Assembly (NCBI GenBank): GCA_050331735.1 | Contig: JBHJGN010000011.1 | Span: 32,001-96,000 of the forward strand | Direction: 5' to 3' | DNA from: Cyanophyceae cyanobacterium | Lineage (GTDB): Bacteria; Cyanobacteriota; Cyanobacteriia; Cyanobacteriales; JBHJGN01 | DNA length: 64,000 nucleotides | Part shown: positions 29,313 through 39,586 of the stretch, piece after piece | Numbering within the stretch: position 1 is the stretch's first letter | Layout: each line of letters begins with the position of its first letter | The notes under the pieces: model-generated | Told to the model about the DNA's origin: nothing | Database searches by the model: none | The model's input: only the letters and a program-made list of their open reading frames with translations | Position numbers and translations under genes: made by a program

Positions 29313-29900
29313 TTATTGTTCTACCACTACCAGAGTTCCAACCTCAACCTGTTCGTAGAGAGCCAACACATCGGCATTCCGCATTCTCACGCAGCCGTGG
29401 GAGACGGCTTGACCAATCAAGGATTCATCGGGCGTACCGTGAAAGCCGATTGAATTCACGCCATCTGTCCAAAAGCCAACCCAGCCAGCGCCCAGAGGAT
29501 TGTTCGGTCCTGGCGGAACAATTTCGCCTGTCCAGGGATGCTCCCAAGCCGGGTTTTTTAGCTTCTGGCGCACGGCAAACACTCCTGTCGGAGTTTCCCA
29601 TCCTCGTTTGCCAACGGCAATCGGATAGCTGGCTGTGAGTTCTTCGTCACTGTAGAGGTAGACGCGGCGATCACTGAGCCGAATCACCAGACGGATTTCT
29701 GCCTGCGGAACAGGAAGATATTGAGCCGGATCTCCCAGCGACGGTAGTTCGAGCTGATTCCAGCCTGTAGCCAGGACCGCTTGAGCGCTGACTGGAGATG
29801 CCCACATCGCCAACGGGGCTACAAAATACCCACCCCAGATCAAGGCATTGAGCAAGCGGAATGAGAGGCGAGTACCCATAAGCACCTCAACAGAATTCAT
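29313..29900 (-). CDS. L,D-transpeptidase (YkuD/ErfK family)
   Basis: YPIAVG..GWETPTG, PGPNNPLG and GFHGT......G.AVSHGCVRM. Confidence 0.92.
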   Translation of the reverse strand: MNSVEVLMGTRLSFRLLNALIWGGYFVAPLAMWASPVSAQAVLATGWNQLELPSLGDPAQYLPVPQAEIRLVIRLSDRRVYLYSDEELTASYPIAVGKRGWETPTGVFAVRQKLKNPAWEHPWTGEIVPPGPNNPLGAGWVGFWTDGVNSIGFHGTPDESLIGQAVSHGCVRMRNADVLALYEQVEVGTLVVVEQ

Positions 29901-30006
29901 CTAGAGACAGCAAACGGGTAACTAGCCACTAGCAGAGAGTCACTAATGGAGCCGTTACCCATCCCTCAACTATTATGTCCTGATTTTTCTGATGAGAGTA
30001 GTGTGA

Positions 30007-30420
30007 TTACCAAAGTCCGCGGACTGGTTCGGATTCTTGAGTCGTAGAAAAGTCACTATCGTCATCCATAGCACCGCTATCCATGTCCATGTCGGTCGAG
30101 TCGGTAGAGGATGCGCCGCCTACTTCTGGAGTGACTCCCTGGGAAGCCGGAGAGGTTTGGTTGATCCCGTCGTTGGTGGTTTGGTCATCAATGACGGTGC
30201 TATCAGTGCCAGATTCCATCTCGTTCATTTCCATGTCGGTCGCTTCACCCTCACCAACACCGGTTGTGTCCTCTTGGGATTCTGGAGTCGTTTGGTTGAT
30301 GCTGTCGTTGGTGGTTTGGTCATCGACGATAGTGCCGTCGGTTTGAGCGATCGCCGGATACCCAACGCCGACAAACAGAGAAAGAGACAGTAGAGTGCTT
30401 GCTAATTTGTGATTCATCAT
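30007..30420 (-). CDS. Secreted acidic low-complexity protein with an internal duplication
   Basis: Signal peptide ending PAIA-Q; DDQTTNDxINQTxPxSQ occurs twice; C-terminus EPVRGLW. Confidence 0.75.
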   Translation of the reverse strand: MMNHKLASTLLSLSLFVGVGYPAIAQTDGTIVDDQTTNDSINQTTPESQEDTTGVGEGEATDMEMNEMESGTDSTVIDDQTTNDGINQTSPASQGVTPEVGGASSTDSTDMDMDSGAMDDDSDFSTTQESEPVRGLW

Positions 30421-30772
30421 AATCGTTGCTCGATCGTAGAGAGATCGATAGAAATATTTTAGTTTGCTGTAGTCGATACTACACAAATACTAAAAACAAT
30501 TTTAGAAACATCACATTATTCGTAAGGTAGATCTAATTTGCGGCTGTTTAGTTCCTCGGACAGAAACTGTAGCAAATTATCAAGTTTTTTACTTTTTTAA
30601 GTTAATCCCAATTCTGTTTAAACAGTCATAATATTGCTTGACCTAGAATTGGTAGTTAGTAGTTAGGAGGAAGTCGTCTTTGTGGTAACAACTAACCACT
30701 AACTCAAATGCTCCTCTCCTATGATTGAGTCTAAGCAAGCGGATGTAATGTTAATTGCTCCTTTGGCTGATT

Positions 30773-31513
30773 TTATAAATATGGCTTAACGACCTCTTGC
30801 CAGCGAAGATAAGCTTCACCAGTGAGATGAACGCCATCTAAAGTGTATTGAGAATCTAACTGATTCTCATGATTAGCTAAAACGCTGTGCAAATCGATAT
30901 ACGAAGCGGAAAAACGATCAGCGAGCTGCTGTAAACCTTGGTTAAGAGTATTGATGTCTTCGTTACTAATATCAACGGCAAAATCTTTGTAATTAACAGG
31001 GAGCACACTTTGAATAAATAGCTGAGTCTGAGGACTTTTTTCCTGAATCGTTTGCAATATTTCTTGATAGCTAGCTAAAATTTCAGAGACTTCTCGTTCT
31101 CCTAAAAGATCGTTAATTCCGACAAGCAAAAAGATTTTAGCTGGTTGAGAGCTGACCACTTCATCAAGCCGTTTGAGAATTCCTGTCGTTGTATCTCCAG
31201 CAATGCCCCGATTGATAATTTTTCCGTGAGGACTGTCCAAAATTTCTGCCCATTCTCCCTGATCGGTTAAACTATCTCCTAAAAAAATAATTTCGTTTTC
31301 AGCATCGGGCAGTCCTTCATACTGCTGCTTCTTCAACGTATAGTAGCTCGGTCTAGGCGTGTTTGGTCGAGACGGCGAGTCGGCTGGGGAAGAACTGGCG
31401 TTTAGATTTAGTCTATCGATGAGAGTATCGCTATTACCGACCAAAAACACCCCGATTAAAGAGAGAAGAGTAACGGCGACAAACCCTATCAGTGCTGTTC
31501 TGTTAGCAAACAT
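30773..31513 (-). CDS. SGNH/GDSL esterase
   Basis: FLGDSLT, NRGIAGD, GIND and DGVH blocks; N-terminal TM. Confidence 0.92.
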   Translation of the reverse strand: MFANRTALIGFVAVTLLSLIGVFLVGNSDTLIDRLNLNASSSPADSPSRPNTPRPSYYTLKKQQYEGLPDAENEIIFLGDSLTDQGEWAEILDSPHGKIINRGIAGDTTTGILKRLDEVVSSQPAKIFLLVGINDLLGEREVSEILASYQEILQTIQEKSPQTQLFIQSVLPVNYKDFAVDISNEDINTLNQGLQQLADRFSASYIDLHSVLANHENQLDSQYTLDGVHLTGEAYLRWQEVVKPYL

Positions 31514-31599
31514 TTTTTGGCCTGAGCGAGAATAAATGGGCTTGGTTTTTTGTGGGTCGCGTTACCTAGAGAACGAGAGCAACTCGCAAACTGCTGAGG

Positions 31600-33021
31600 C
31601 TATGACCTCCGCTTTCTTCTGATGACGCGAACCAACATTACTAATCCTAATCCCCATCCTAGAATACTGGAAGGGGTCGGCACTGCTTCTGCTTCTGCTG
31701 CTAGAACATCATAATCGACGCGGGTTGCCGGGGAACGAGCGAGCAACTGGTAGTCTTCTGTGTTAAAGCCACCAGGATTGGCGAGCATGGGGTCAGCGCG
31801 CAGGTCGTCGGGGCTAGCAACCCCAGTAGCCCCAGCGTCTCCGCCGAAGCGAGTGCCGCCGTGCCAAAGATTCTCAGAGAACGACAGCCCGGCAGTACTG
31901 TCAATATTGGTGAGCCACTCAAAGCGCTCGGGTCGTGAAAAAATATTGTTAGTAATAGTCACATTTTCCGTATTCGGGTCTTCGTCAATGTGAAGAAATA
32001 TCCGGGGATCGTAAAAAGTGTTGTTGGCAATCTTCGTGTTTTTGAGTCCCTGCTTATTTTCGTCAGCGCCACTGTGAATGCCAGCGTAGGTGCCATAGGA
32101 AAATCCGGCTCCACTCCCGACAACGACGTTATTGCGAACCGTGTTATTGTTGAGCTGTAATTGGGAGAGTTTGCCTGTGGTGGCGAAGAGTTCGTTCGCC
32201 ATTTCAATGCCGTTAGCCGGTCTACCATCCCGAAAGAACTCCTGGTTTCCGGTGTTGTAGATCAGGTTGCGCTTAACGGTGGAATCGGTTGTGTTATAGA
32301 GATGAACTTCAACGCTGAAGTTGTCATGGACAGTATTTTCACTGACGGTACCATTCTGAACAAAGCCAAGACCAATGCCCTCTCCATAATTTTCATAGAC
32401 CGTATTGTTAACAATCAGAACGTTGTCAGTATTTTCGACGTTGATCCCCATCCCCCAGTTATTTCCCGGGCCAGGATTGCTGTTGGCTAGATAGTTACGG
32501 TAAACGCGGTTTCCTTCCAGGCGAATGTTCTGACTGCGGTGAGACGTATCAATCTGCCCTTCTCCTCCGTACCCCTGGACAACAATACCACCCCTCTGAT
32601 TGTGATGAATGCGGTTTCCAGAGAAGTTAAGATTTTGTCCTTTAATCGCTAAAATTCCGTTGGAACGGAGCGAATGTAGCTCTATATCTTTTATTTCTAC
32701 GTTCTGAGCGTCTTTTATGAAGATTCCGGTGATACCGGGTGCGACATTGCTGCCGTCTAAAACCGCTCGTTCTCCGGGGTAAGAGCGGATCACCAGTGGA
32801 GAATCAGCGGTGCCGTCGTTCCAGCCCCCCTCGATATGAATTCCGGAAGACCCTTTTTCAGTTTGATAGGTGCCTTGACTAATGTCGTAGTTACCGCCCC
32901 TGAGAAAAATTGTCCGACCGTCACCAGCAGTTCTGTTAATGGCTTGCTGAACCGTCCTGAACGGCTGTTCGACCGTGCCGGGATTTTGATCGCTGCCGTT
33001 CGGAGAAACGTAGTATTTCAT
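31600..33021 (-). CDS. Right-handed beta-helix (pectin-lyase-like) protein with PEP-CTERM-type tail
   Basis: YYVSPNGSD.NPGT..PF.T, Asn-rich PbH1 repeats; C-terminal VPTP + hydrophobic stretch + RRKRR. Confidence 0.85.
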   Translation of the reverse strand: MKYYVSPNGSDQNPGTVEQPFRTVQQAINRTAGDGRTIFLRGGNYDISQGTYQTEKGSSGIHIEGGWNDGTADSPLVIRSYPGERAVLDGSNVAPGITGIFIKDAQNVEIKDIELHSLRSNGILAIKGQNLNFSGNRIHHNQRGGIVVQGYGGEGQIDTSHRSQNIRLEGNRVYRNYLANSNPGPGNNWGMGINVENTDNVLIVNNTVYENYGEGIGLGFVQNGTVSENTVHDNFSVEVHLYNTTDSTVKRNLIYNTGNQEFFRDGRPANGIEMANELFATTGKLSQLQLNNNTVRNNVVVGSGAGFSYGTYAGIHSGADENKQGLKNTKIANNTFYDPRIFLHIDEDPNTENVTITNNIFSRPERFEWLTNIDSTAGLSFSENLWHGGTRFGGDAGATGVASPDDLRADPMLANPGGFNTEDYQLLARSPATRVDYDVLAAEAEAVPTPSSILGWGLGLVMLVRVIRRKRRS

Positions 33022-33140
33022 CGTTGTTTTGCTAACTCAATCTGCCTGTGCTTCAGGGCTAATTTAGAAGCGAAAGGTGAAAAACTTGTCAGGTGCAGGA
33101 GATTCTCTATTTCTCTAGGAAGAACTACTGACATCTTTTG

Positions 33141-34202
33141 TTAATTGGAATGAGTGGTCGCTGCCACTTCTACAGGCCCGTGACGTTTCTGGTGCCATTT
33201 CCAGGCGTGAAGCATCATTTCTCTGATGTCAGGGTACTGGGGTTGCCATCCTAAAGAGCTTCTGACCTTGGTGCTGTTACCCACTAAAATCGGCGGATCT
33301 CCGGGACGGCGAGCACAGGGGATTGCCTTAATCAATTGACCGGAGATGGCTCTGGCGGCTTCAATGATCTGCCAGACGGAAAAGCCGTCATTGCTGCTGA
33401 GATTAAAGACTTCGCTGCGGCCTCGTTGCAGAAGATGTTCCAGGCCGAGAATGTGTGCCTGGGCAATGTCGGCGACATGAATGTAATCTCGAATACAGGT
33501 GCCGTCAGGTGTAGAATAATCTGTGCCGAAGACGGAAATTGAGTCGCGCCGACCGAGGGCTGTCAGCAACACCAGCGGTAACAAATGAGTTTCTGGAGTA
33601 TGATCTTCTCCTAACAAACCCTCGGGATCGGCCCCCGCTGCATTGAAGTAGCGGAAAATGACGGATTTCAAGCCAAACGCCGTCTCAAAGTCCGCTAAGA
33701 TTTGTTCAACCATTAACTTGCTGATGCCGTAAGGATTGATGGGGTTTTGAGGTTGTTCTTCGGCGATCGGAATTTGTTCTGGAATTCCGTAGGTGGCGCA
33801 GGTCGAGGAAAAGACAAGCTTTTTTACCCCGGCTGCCATCATCGCTTCTAGTAAAGTCAAAGTCCCGGCAACGTTGTTGCAGTAATATTTATCGGGTCTG
33901 AGGACAGATTCCCCCACGTAGGCGTAGGCGGCAAAATGCATGACGGCGGCGACGGAGTAGGTAGTAAAGATGCGATCCAGGAGAGTGCGATCGCGAATAT
34001 CGCCGACAATTAGCTCGGCCTGTAAGACCTCTTCGACAATATCGCGATGCCCGTAAACGAGGTTATCGATGACTAAAACCCTGTATCCCTTTCTCTGTAA
34101 AGCTTTAACAACATGGGAGCCGATATAGCCAGCTCCTCCCGTAATCAAGATGGTAGTTTGCACAGCTTTTTTCCTCCGATCAGAGGTAGATCTCAAATCC
34201 AT
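33141..34202 (-). CDS. galE: UDP-glucose 4-epimerase
   Basis: TGGAGYIGSH, HFAA.AYVGES, YGISK, RYFNAAGA and DGTCIRDYIHV. Confidence 0.95.
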   Translation of the reverse strand: MDLRSTSDRRKKAVQTTILITGGAGYIGSHVVKALQRKGYRVLVIDNLVYGHRDIVEEVLQAELIVGDIRDRTLLDRIFTTYSVAAVMHFAAYAYVGESVLRPDKYYCNNVAGTLTLLEAMMAAGVKKLVFSSTCATYGIPEQIPIAEEQPQNPINPYGISKLMVEQILADFETAFGLKSVIFRYFNAAGADPEGLLGEDHTPETHLLPLVLLTALGRRDSISVFGTDYSTPDGTCIRDYIHVADIAQAHILGLEHLLQRGRSEVFNLSSNDGFSVWQIIEAARAISGQLIKAIPCARRPGDPPILVGNSTKVRSSLGWQPQYPDIREMMLHAWKWHQKRHGPVEVAATTHSN

Positions 34203-34805
34203 AAATTTTCAATATTCTCAGCGGAGTAGTATCTGTCAAAGCCCCCTGAAGCAAAGCCTCAAAAAAGCCTCATCCAGCGACCAAATTTGCACTCAATTCA
34301 CTAATAAAGCTTATTTTTGAGCTTATTATTTACTAAAAAGGTAGCTACTGCTTACCCTATCTTTTCACTATCGGTTACTGTAAAAATGAAGCCGATAATA
34401 CAAAAGAAGCCAAAAAGCATCTTTTTTAAAGCAATTGAATTGGTTTGCAGCACAGTTCTTTAGCTATTCTTGAAGCTTAATACATAAATATTCGTTGTTT
34501 CTGTACGCTGTATTACTCGGCGGTAACATTCGACAATGTGACTTATCCCGTGACACAAGCAGTCGTTTTCTACTTGCATCTTTCTAGTCATTGCCCTAAT
34601 CTTAGGCTTAACTTCGATTAAAATTCAATGTTCTAAGCAGAACAAAGCTACGCAAGTTAAATATTGTTTTGTAAAGGGTGCAAAGGTAACGCCTTTGCCA
34701 TTTTGGGTCGATTTGCGCCTTTAAAGCTCAATTTTCATCAATGTCTGTAAAAGCAAATTGGCTTTAAGTTTATCTATCTGTATTTAGTTATTACTTGCGG
34801 GAAGA

Positions 34806-36020
34806 ATGCGTAAACCTGTTTTGACAATTTTCTATCAGTTCAATCCCTGGCAGAGCAGCATCGGTGGCATCCAAACCTTTATCTGTGCGTTTCTCAAACA
34901 TGCGCCCAGTGAATTTGAGGTGCGTCTGGTGGGAACAGGCTCTCATCCGCCTGTGGGGGTCTGGCAAGAAGCCGAGTTTGCGGGCAGACCCCTTCAATTT
35001 ATGCCGCTTATTGCTCTAGAAGATGACAATGTGCGGCAGGTCATTCCCACAACCCTCAGATACACGGCAGCGCTTTTCGGTCGTCAGCTTGCTTCCGATT
35101 TTATGCACTTTTACCGCATCGAGCCGACGCTCGCCACCTTGAACTGGTCGGGCCATAAAACTTTTTTTGTGCTGAACGATATTCAAAAACAGATGAATCC
35201 GTCCGTGAGCAAGGATGCCATCCTGTGGCAGCGGTTTCGCGCCGGGTACTTTACCCTGGAAGCCATGCTGATCCGGCAGTTTGAGCAGATTTACTCGTGC
35301 CACAAGCAATCGGCACAGTTCTATCAACAGCGCTACCCGGAAATCGCCGAGCACGTTGTTTTTCTGCCGATTACGGTGGAGGACGAGCTATTTAATCCCC
35401 TGTCTCAACCAGAGCGCGAACAAAAGCGTCAAGAGCTGGCTCAGCAGATGACTTTACCAGAGGCGACGCGGTTTATCCTCTTTGCCGGTCGCCTACATCC
35501 CCAAAAAGACCCGCTGTTGCTGGTACGTGCTTTTGCCAAGCTCCGGGAGCCGGACGTGCATTTGCTGATCGCGGGAGAAGGCGAGCTCGCTGACGAGATC
35601 CGGGCAGAGGTGGACCGTTGCGGATTGACCAAGCACGTTACGATGCTAGGCCCCGTGAGGCAGGAGAGGCTCGCAGAGCTCTATCGCCTCAGCAGCCTAT
35701 TTGTGGTGACGAGTGCCTATGAGGGAGGGCCGATTGTGGCTTTAGAAGCCCTCGCCTGTGGCACCCCCGTCGTGACCACCGACTGCGGCGAAACCCCGAG
35801 CTTCCTCACCCCCGACAGCGGCCATGTCTGCGACAGCACCCCAGAGGCGATCGCCGCCGCGCTGGCTCAGGTGCTCCAGCATCCCCAAAATTACCCCCCA
35901 AGCGCCTGTAACCGGACTATTCAGCCCTATCGAGCGCAGACCGTGATTCGGGGCGTTTACGCAGAAATGCTGCGTCAGTGGGAGCGTTGCTCCCACTCCC
36001 TGTCATCGGAATACGTCTAG
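34806..36020 (+). CDS. GT4 glycosyltransferase
   Basis: FAGRLHPQK and EGGPIVALEALACGTPVV (Ex7E). Confidence 0.9.
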   Translation: MRKPVLTIFYQFNPWQSSIGGIQTFICAFLKHAPSEFEVRLVGTGSHPPVGVWQEAEFAGRPLQFMPLIALEDDNVRQVIPTTLRYTAALFGRQLASDFMHFYRIEPTLATLNWSGHKTFFVLNDIQKQMNPSVSKDAILWQRFRAGYFTLEAMLIRQFEQIYSCHKQSAQFYQQRYPEIAEHVVFLPITVEDELFNPLSQPEREQKRQELAQQMTLPEATRFILFAGRLHPQKDPLLLVRAFAKLREPDVHLLIAGEGELADEIRAEVDRCGLTKHVTMLGPVRQERLAELYRLSSLFVVTSAYEGGPIVALEALACGTPVVTTDCGETPSFLTPDSGHVCDSTPEAIAAALAQVLQHPQNYPPSACNRTIQPYRAQTVIRGVYAEMLRQWERCSHSLSSEYV

Positions 36021-36047
36021 CTTCTCCCTCTGCCCTTTTGTAAAGGA

Positions 36048-37406
36048 ATGGTTCCCATGAGAATTGCCGTGATTGGTGCCAAAGGCTTACCGGCTAAACA
36101 AGGCGGCATCGAGCGTTACTGTCAAGAGCTTTATCCAAGACTGGTGGCTCAGGGTCACTCGGTCGATCTGTTTGCCAGACCGAGCTATACCCAAGCCCCC
36201 TGGTTTTCTACCTACGACTACCAAGGGGTGCGCGTGTTGTGTCTGCCTTCGTGCCCGTGGCGCGGGCTAGATGCCCTGGCTAGTTCAGCCCTGGGAGCGA
36301 TCGCTGCTTTATTCAAAAGCTACGATATCGTTCACTTTCATGCTCTTGGTCCCGCTTTATTTTGCTGGCTGCCCCGCCTCAATGCTGCCAAAATCGTCGT
36401 TACCTGTCAGGGACTCGACTGGCAACGAGCCAAGTGGGGCAGAATTTCCAGCGCGATTATTCATGCCGGAGAAAAGTCAGCCGCCCGCTACGCCGACCGC
36501 ATTGTGGTCGTCTCCAAAGACTTACAGGCTTATTTTCAGAAAACCTACGGACTGGATACTCACTACATCCCCAACGGTCCCGGAAGATATGACGAGTCGG
36601 ACCCGAATTTTGCCTACGTTAAATCTCTTCAGCTCACTCCCAAACGCTACCTCCTCTTTCTGGGAAGATTAGTCCCCGAAAAGCGCCCCGACCTGCTGCT
36701 CGCCGCCTTTCGATCTCTTAACCCCCAGGGATGGAAACTCGTGCTCACCGGAGGAATCAGCGATACGGGCCGATTTGCTGCCAAGATCCAGGCGCTAGCC
36801 GCCAATCGTCAGGATATTCTCTTTACCGGCGAACTCCAGGGCCGTCAGCTCGCAGAAATCGTTCGTGGAGCCGGACTCTTCGTGCTGCCCTCGGACTTAG
36901 AAGGATTACCGCTGGTGATGCTAGAAGCGATGGCCGAGGGCATCCCCGTATTAGCCAGCAACATTCCGCCCCATCGTCAGCTCATTAGTCAAGAGCGGGG
37001 TCTGCTGTTTGAGGCTGGAGATGTAGAGTCGTGCGTGGGCGCTCTCCAGCATGCCGTTTGCCATCCTCGCCAACTTCAGAGCATGGCGAGGACGGCCCAA
37101 CAGCACGTCCAGGAAAACTATAGCTGGCAGAAAATCACCGCAGATAATTTGGCTCTCTATACCAACCTGCTGTCAGACACGGCCAGAAGCGAGGAGGCGG
37201 CTCCACTGACCGATAGAGAACAGCGTCTTCAGGCTTGTTTACTGGAAGCGGCCACTCTGCTGTGTGCAGAAGTGGACTCTGACGAATTTAGGAATCGCGA
37301 ACACCTCGAAACCGTTCTGCGCCAGCAGCTTAACGACCAGGTGAGCGCTCAGCTCGATCGGCTCTATGCGCAGGGGCAATCAGTGAACCAACTCGGACTG
37401 AAGTAG
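36048..37406 (+). CDS. GT4 glycosyltransferase with an extra C-terminal helical domain
   Basis: GLPAKQGGIE, FLGRLVPEK and EGLPLVMLEAM. Confidence 0.9.
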   Translation: MVPMRIAVIGAKGLPAKQGGIERYCQELYPRLVAQGHSVDLFARPSYTQAPWFSTYDYQGVRVLCLPSCPWRGLDALASSALGAIAALFKSYDIVHFHALGPALFCWLPRLNAAKIVVTCQGLDWQRAKWGRISSAIIHAGEKSAARYADRIVVVSKDLQAYFQKTYGLDTHYIPNGPGRYDESDPNFAYVKSLQLTPKRYLLFLGRLVPEKRPDLLLAAFRSLNPQGWKLVLTGGISDTGRFAAKIQALAANRQDILFTGELQGRQLAEIVRGAGLFVLPSDLEGLPLVMLEAMAEGIPVLASNIPPHRQLISQERGLLFEAGDVESCVGALQHAVCHPRQLQSMARTAQQHVQENYSWQKITADNLALYTNLLSDTARSEEAAPLTDREQRLQACLLEAATLLCAEVDSDEFRNREHLETVLRQQLNDQVSAQLDRLYAQGQSVNQLGLK

Positions 37407-37419
37407 GTGGGGGTGACGG

Positions 37420-39585
37420 ATGAACACAATGGGAGTGCGCCCTCGTTGGCTGTACTTAGTCCTGGGACTGCTGGCCGTTCTTTGGCAGCCAGCGCTACTA
37501 GCAAGCTGTAGCAACGCTCGCGAATCGGCAGCGCCCTTGAGTGTGCAAACCGAGTTTTCGACGGGCTGGAATCAGGTAGCCATCGGCGGAGGCGGATACG
37601 TAACGGGCATCGCCATTCATCCTCAAGATTCTGAGGTAGTCTACCTTAAAACAGACAACGGCGGTTTCTTTCGCTGGCATCCCCAGGAGCAAAGCTGGTC
37701 CTCGATTCTCGATGCCTTTCCAGAAGGGAACTGGAACGACTACGGCGGCGCGGCGATCGCCCTCGATCCTCATCGTCCAGAAGTGGTGTATATTGCCGTG
37801 GGGAAGTATGTAAATGCTCCTGGAACCATCTACAAGTCCGTTGATTACGGTCAAACCTGGGTGCAGTCGGATTTGCAGGTGCCGATGGGGGGCGACCAGG
37901 ATAAGCGCTGGGCCGGCGAGCGCCTCGTCGTCAGTCCGGGGGACTCCAATCTGCTGCTGTTTGGGTCGCGCCAGAACGGTCTGTGGCGCTCCACTGACGG
38001 CGGGTTAACCTGGTCTGCGGTAGCCTTTGCCGCCTCTCCGTCTTCAGAGATTGGCCTTCTGGCGATCGCCTTTGAGCCCGAGTCTCCGGAGCGCGTTTAC
38101 CTGAGCGCCTACGGAGATGGAATCTACCACTCGGTCGATGGGGGCCTCACCTGGAGCCGAATGGCCCACAGTCCGCGCACCGCGATGCAGCTAGCGATCG
38201 CCTCAGACACCCTTTACGTGACAAGCGCTGCTGGAGTCAGTCGCTACCGCCGGGGAACCTGGCAAAACATTACCCCCGAACGCCAAGCTCGGCAGCTCTT
38301 CAACGGCTTAAGCGTCCATCCCTGGAACCCAGACAATGTGCTAGTCAGCTTAGGCGAGACCCAATCCCCCAAAATTTTTCACTCCCACGACGGAGGCCAA
38401 ACCTGGCAACAGAAGCGCAGCCGGCTTAACCGGACGGTTCCCTGGCTACCGACGGAGTTCTTTGGAGACTACACCGCCGCCATTGCCTTCGATCCCCAAG
38501 TTCCGGAGCGGGTGTGGCTCACCGATTGGTTTGGCGTCTGGCGCACCGACAACATTGAGACTCGGTTCCCGCTGTGGACCAACTACGCCCAAGGACACGA
38601 ACAGATTGTGACATTAGCGCTGTCGTCCCCGCCCCAAGGAGCGCTGCTGTTGAGCGGCGTTGCCGATATCGAGGGCTTCTACCACCAGCGCTTAGATAGC
38701 TATCCCACCGAGCGCCTCGGCTATGGCAACAACTACTATCAGGATACCTACAGCATTGCCTACTGCGCTCGCGAACCTACCCGCCTCGTTCGCGTCGGGG
38801 GAAATCGCTGGAACTCGACCGCCGGGGGAGCACTGTCTCGCGACGGCGGCTGGCACTGGCGGCAGCTTTCCTTCCCGCCGGAAACGCTGCCGCTGCGAGT
38901 GGCTATCTCTGCAACCAATCCCGACCGTTTCGTGGTCATCGTCAGCGAAGGACAGGCCCTGCACACCGACGATGGCGGAGCGACCTGGCAGCCGGCGATC
39001 GGTCTGCCTCTCGGGGAGAAAGGCCCCTGGAACTGGACTCAGTCCCTCGCCGCCGACGGCGTTAACGGCGACTGGTTTTACTACTACGCCGACGGAACCG
39101 TGTATCGCAGTGAGGACGGCGGCGGCACTTTTCGGGCGGTGAGTCGGCTGCCCCCAGCCGACTGGTACTCGCTGAAAACTTTGCCAGGAGTGGCGGGGGA
39201 TGTTTGGGTGAGCTTAGACGAGCAGGGTCTGTATCATTCGACGGATGGGGGAGAAACGTTTACCCCCATCGATGTCGCCCAGGCGGTGCTGTTCTCCTTC
39301 GGTAAACCGCCCGGAGGCAGCGACATTCCCAGCCTGTACCTCTATGGAGTCAGGGGCGATCGCTCAGGCTTTTTCCGCTCCCTCGACCTCGGAGCCACCT
39401 GGAGCCAGCTCGTGGCGGCAGCGGTTCCCCCTGGCCCGCCTCGGGTAATCAACGTTCTTGAAGCGAGCCAGCAGCAGTTTGGCTTACTGTTTGTCGGCAC
39501 CGATGGTCGAGGGATTTACTACCGCATGACCGAGGAGGCTACCCCGGCTGCAAGCGATGCGCACCACCGTTCACCAAGGATTTAA
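37420..39585 (+). CDS. BNR/Asp-box beta-propeller protein, GH74 (xyloglucanase)-like, probable lipoprotein
   Basis: IGGGGYVTGI...TDNGG, many S.DGG.TW Asp boxes, FVGTDGRGIYY; lipobox-like LLASC. Confidence 0.75.
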   Translation: MNTMGVRPRWLYLVLGLLAVLWQPALLASCSNARESAAPLSVQTEFSTGWNQVAIGGGGYVTGIAIHPQDSEVVYLKTDNGGFFRWHPQEQSWSSILDAFPEGNWNDYGGAAIALDPHRPEVVYIAVGKYVNAPGTIYKSVDYGQTWVQSDLQVPMGGDQDKRWAGERLVVSPGDSNLLLFGSRQNGLWRSTDGGLTWSAVAFAASPSSEIGLLAIAFEPESPERVYLSAYGDGIYHSVDGGLTWSRMAHSPRTAMQLAIASDTLYVTSAAGVSRYRRGTWQNITPERQARQLFNGLSVHPWNPDNVLVSLGETQSPKIFHSHDGGQTWQQKRSRLNRTVPWLPTEFFGDYTAAIAFDPQVPERVWLTDWFGVWRTDNIETRFPLWTNYAQGHEQIVTLALSSPPQGALLLSGVADIEGFYHQRLDSYPTERLGYGNNYYQDTYSIAYCAREPTRLVRVGGNRWNSTAGGALSRDGGWHWRQLSFPPETLPLRVAISATNPDRFVVIVSEGQALHTDDGGATWQPAIGLPLGEKGPWNWTQSLAADGVNGDWFYYYADGTVYRSEDGGGTFRAVSRLPPADWYSLKTLPGVAGDVWVSLDEQGLYHSTDGGETFTPIDVAQAVLFSFGKPPGGSDIPSLYLYGVRGDRSGFFRSLDLGATWSQLVAAAVPPGPPRVINVLEASQQQFGLLFVGTDGRGIYYRMTEEATPAASDAHHRSPRI

Positions 39586-39586
39586 C

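Noticed and set aside
30654..30704. AGTTAGT/ACTAACT heptamer-based inverted repeat
   Set aside because: Short, imperfect, single instance; at most an ordinary terminator-like structure.
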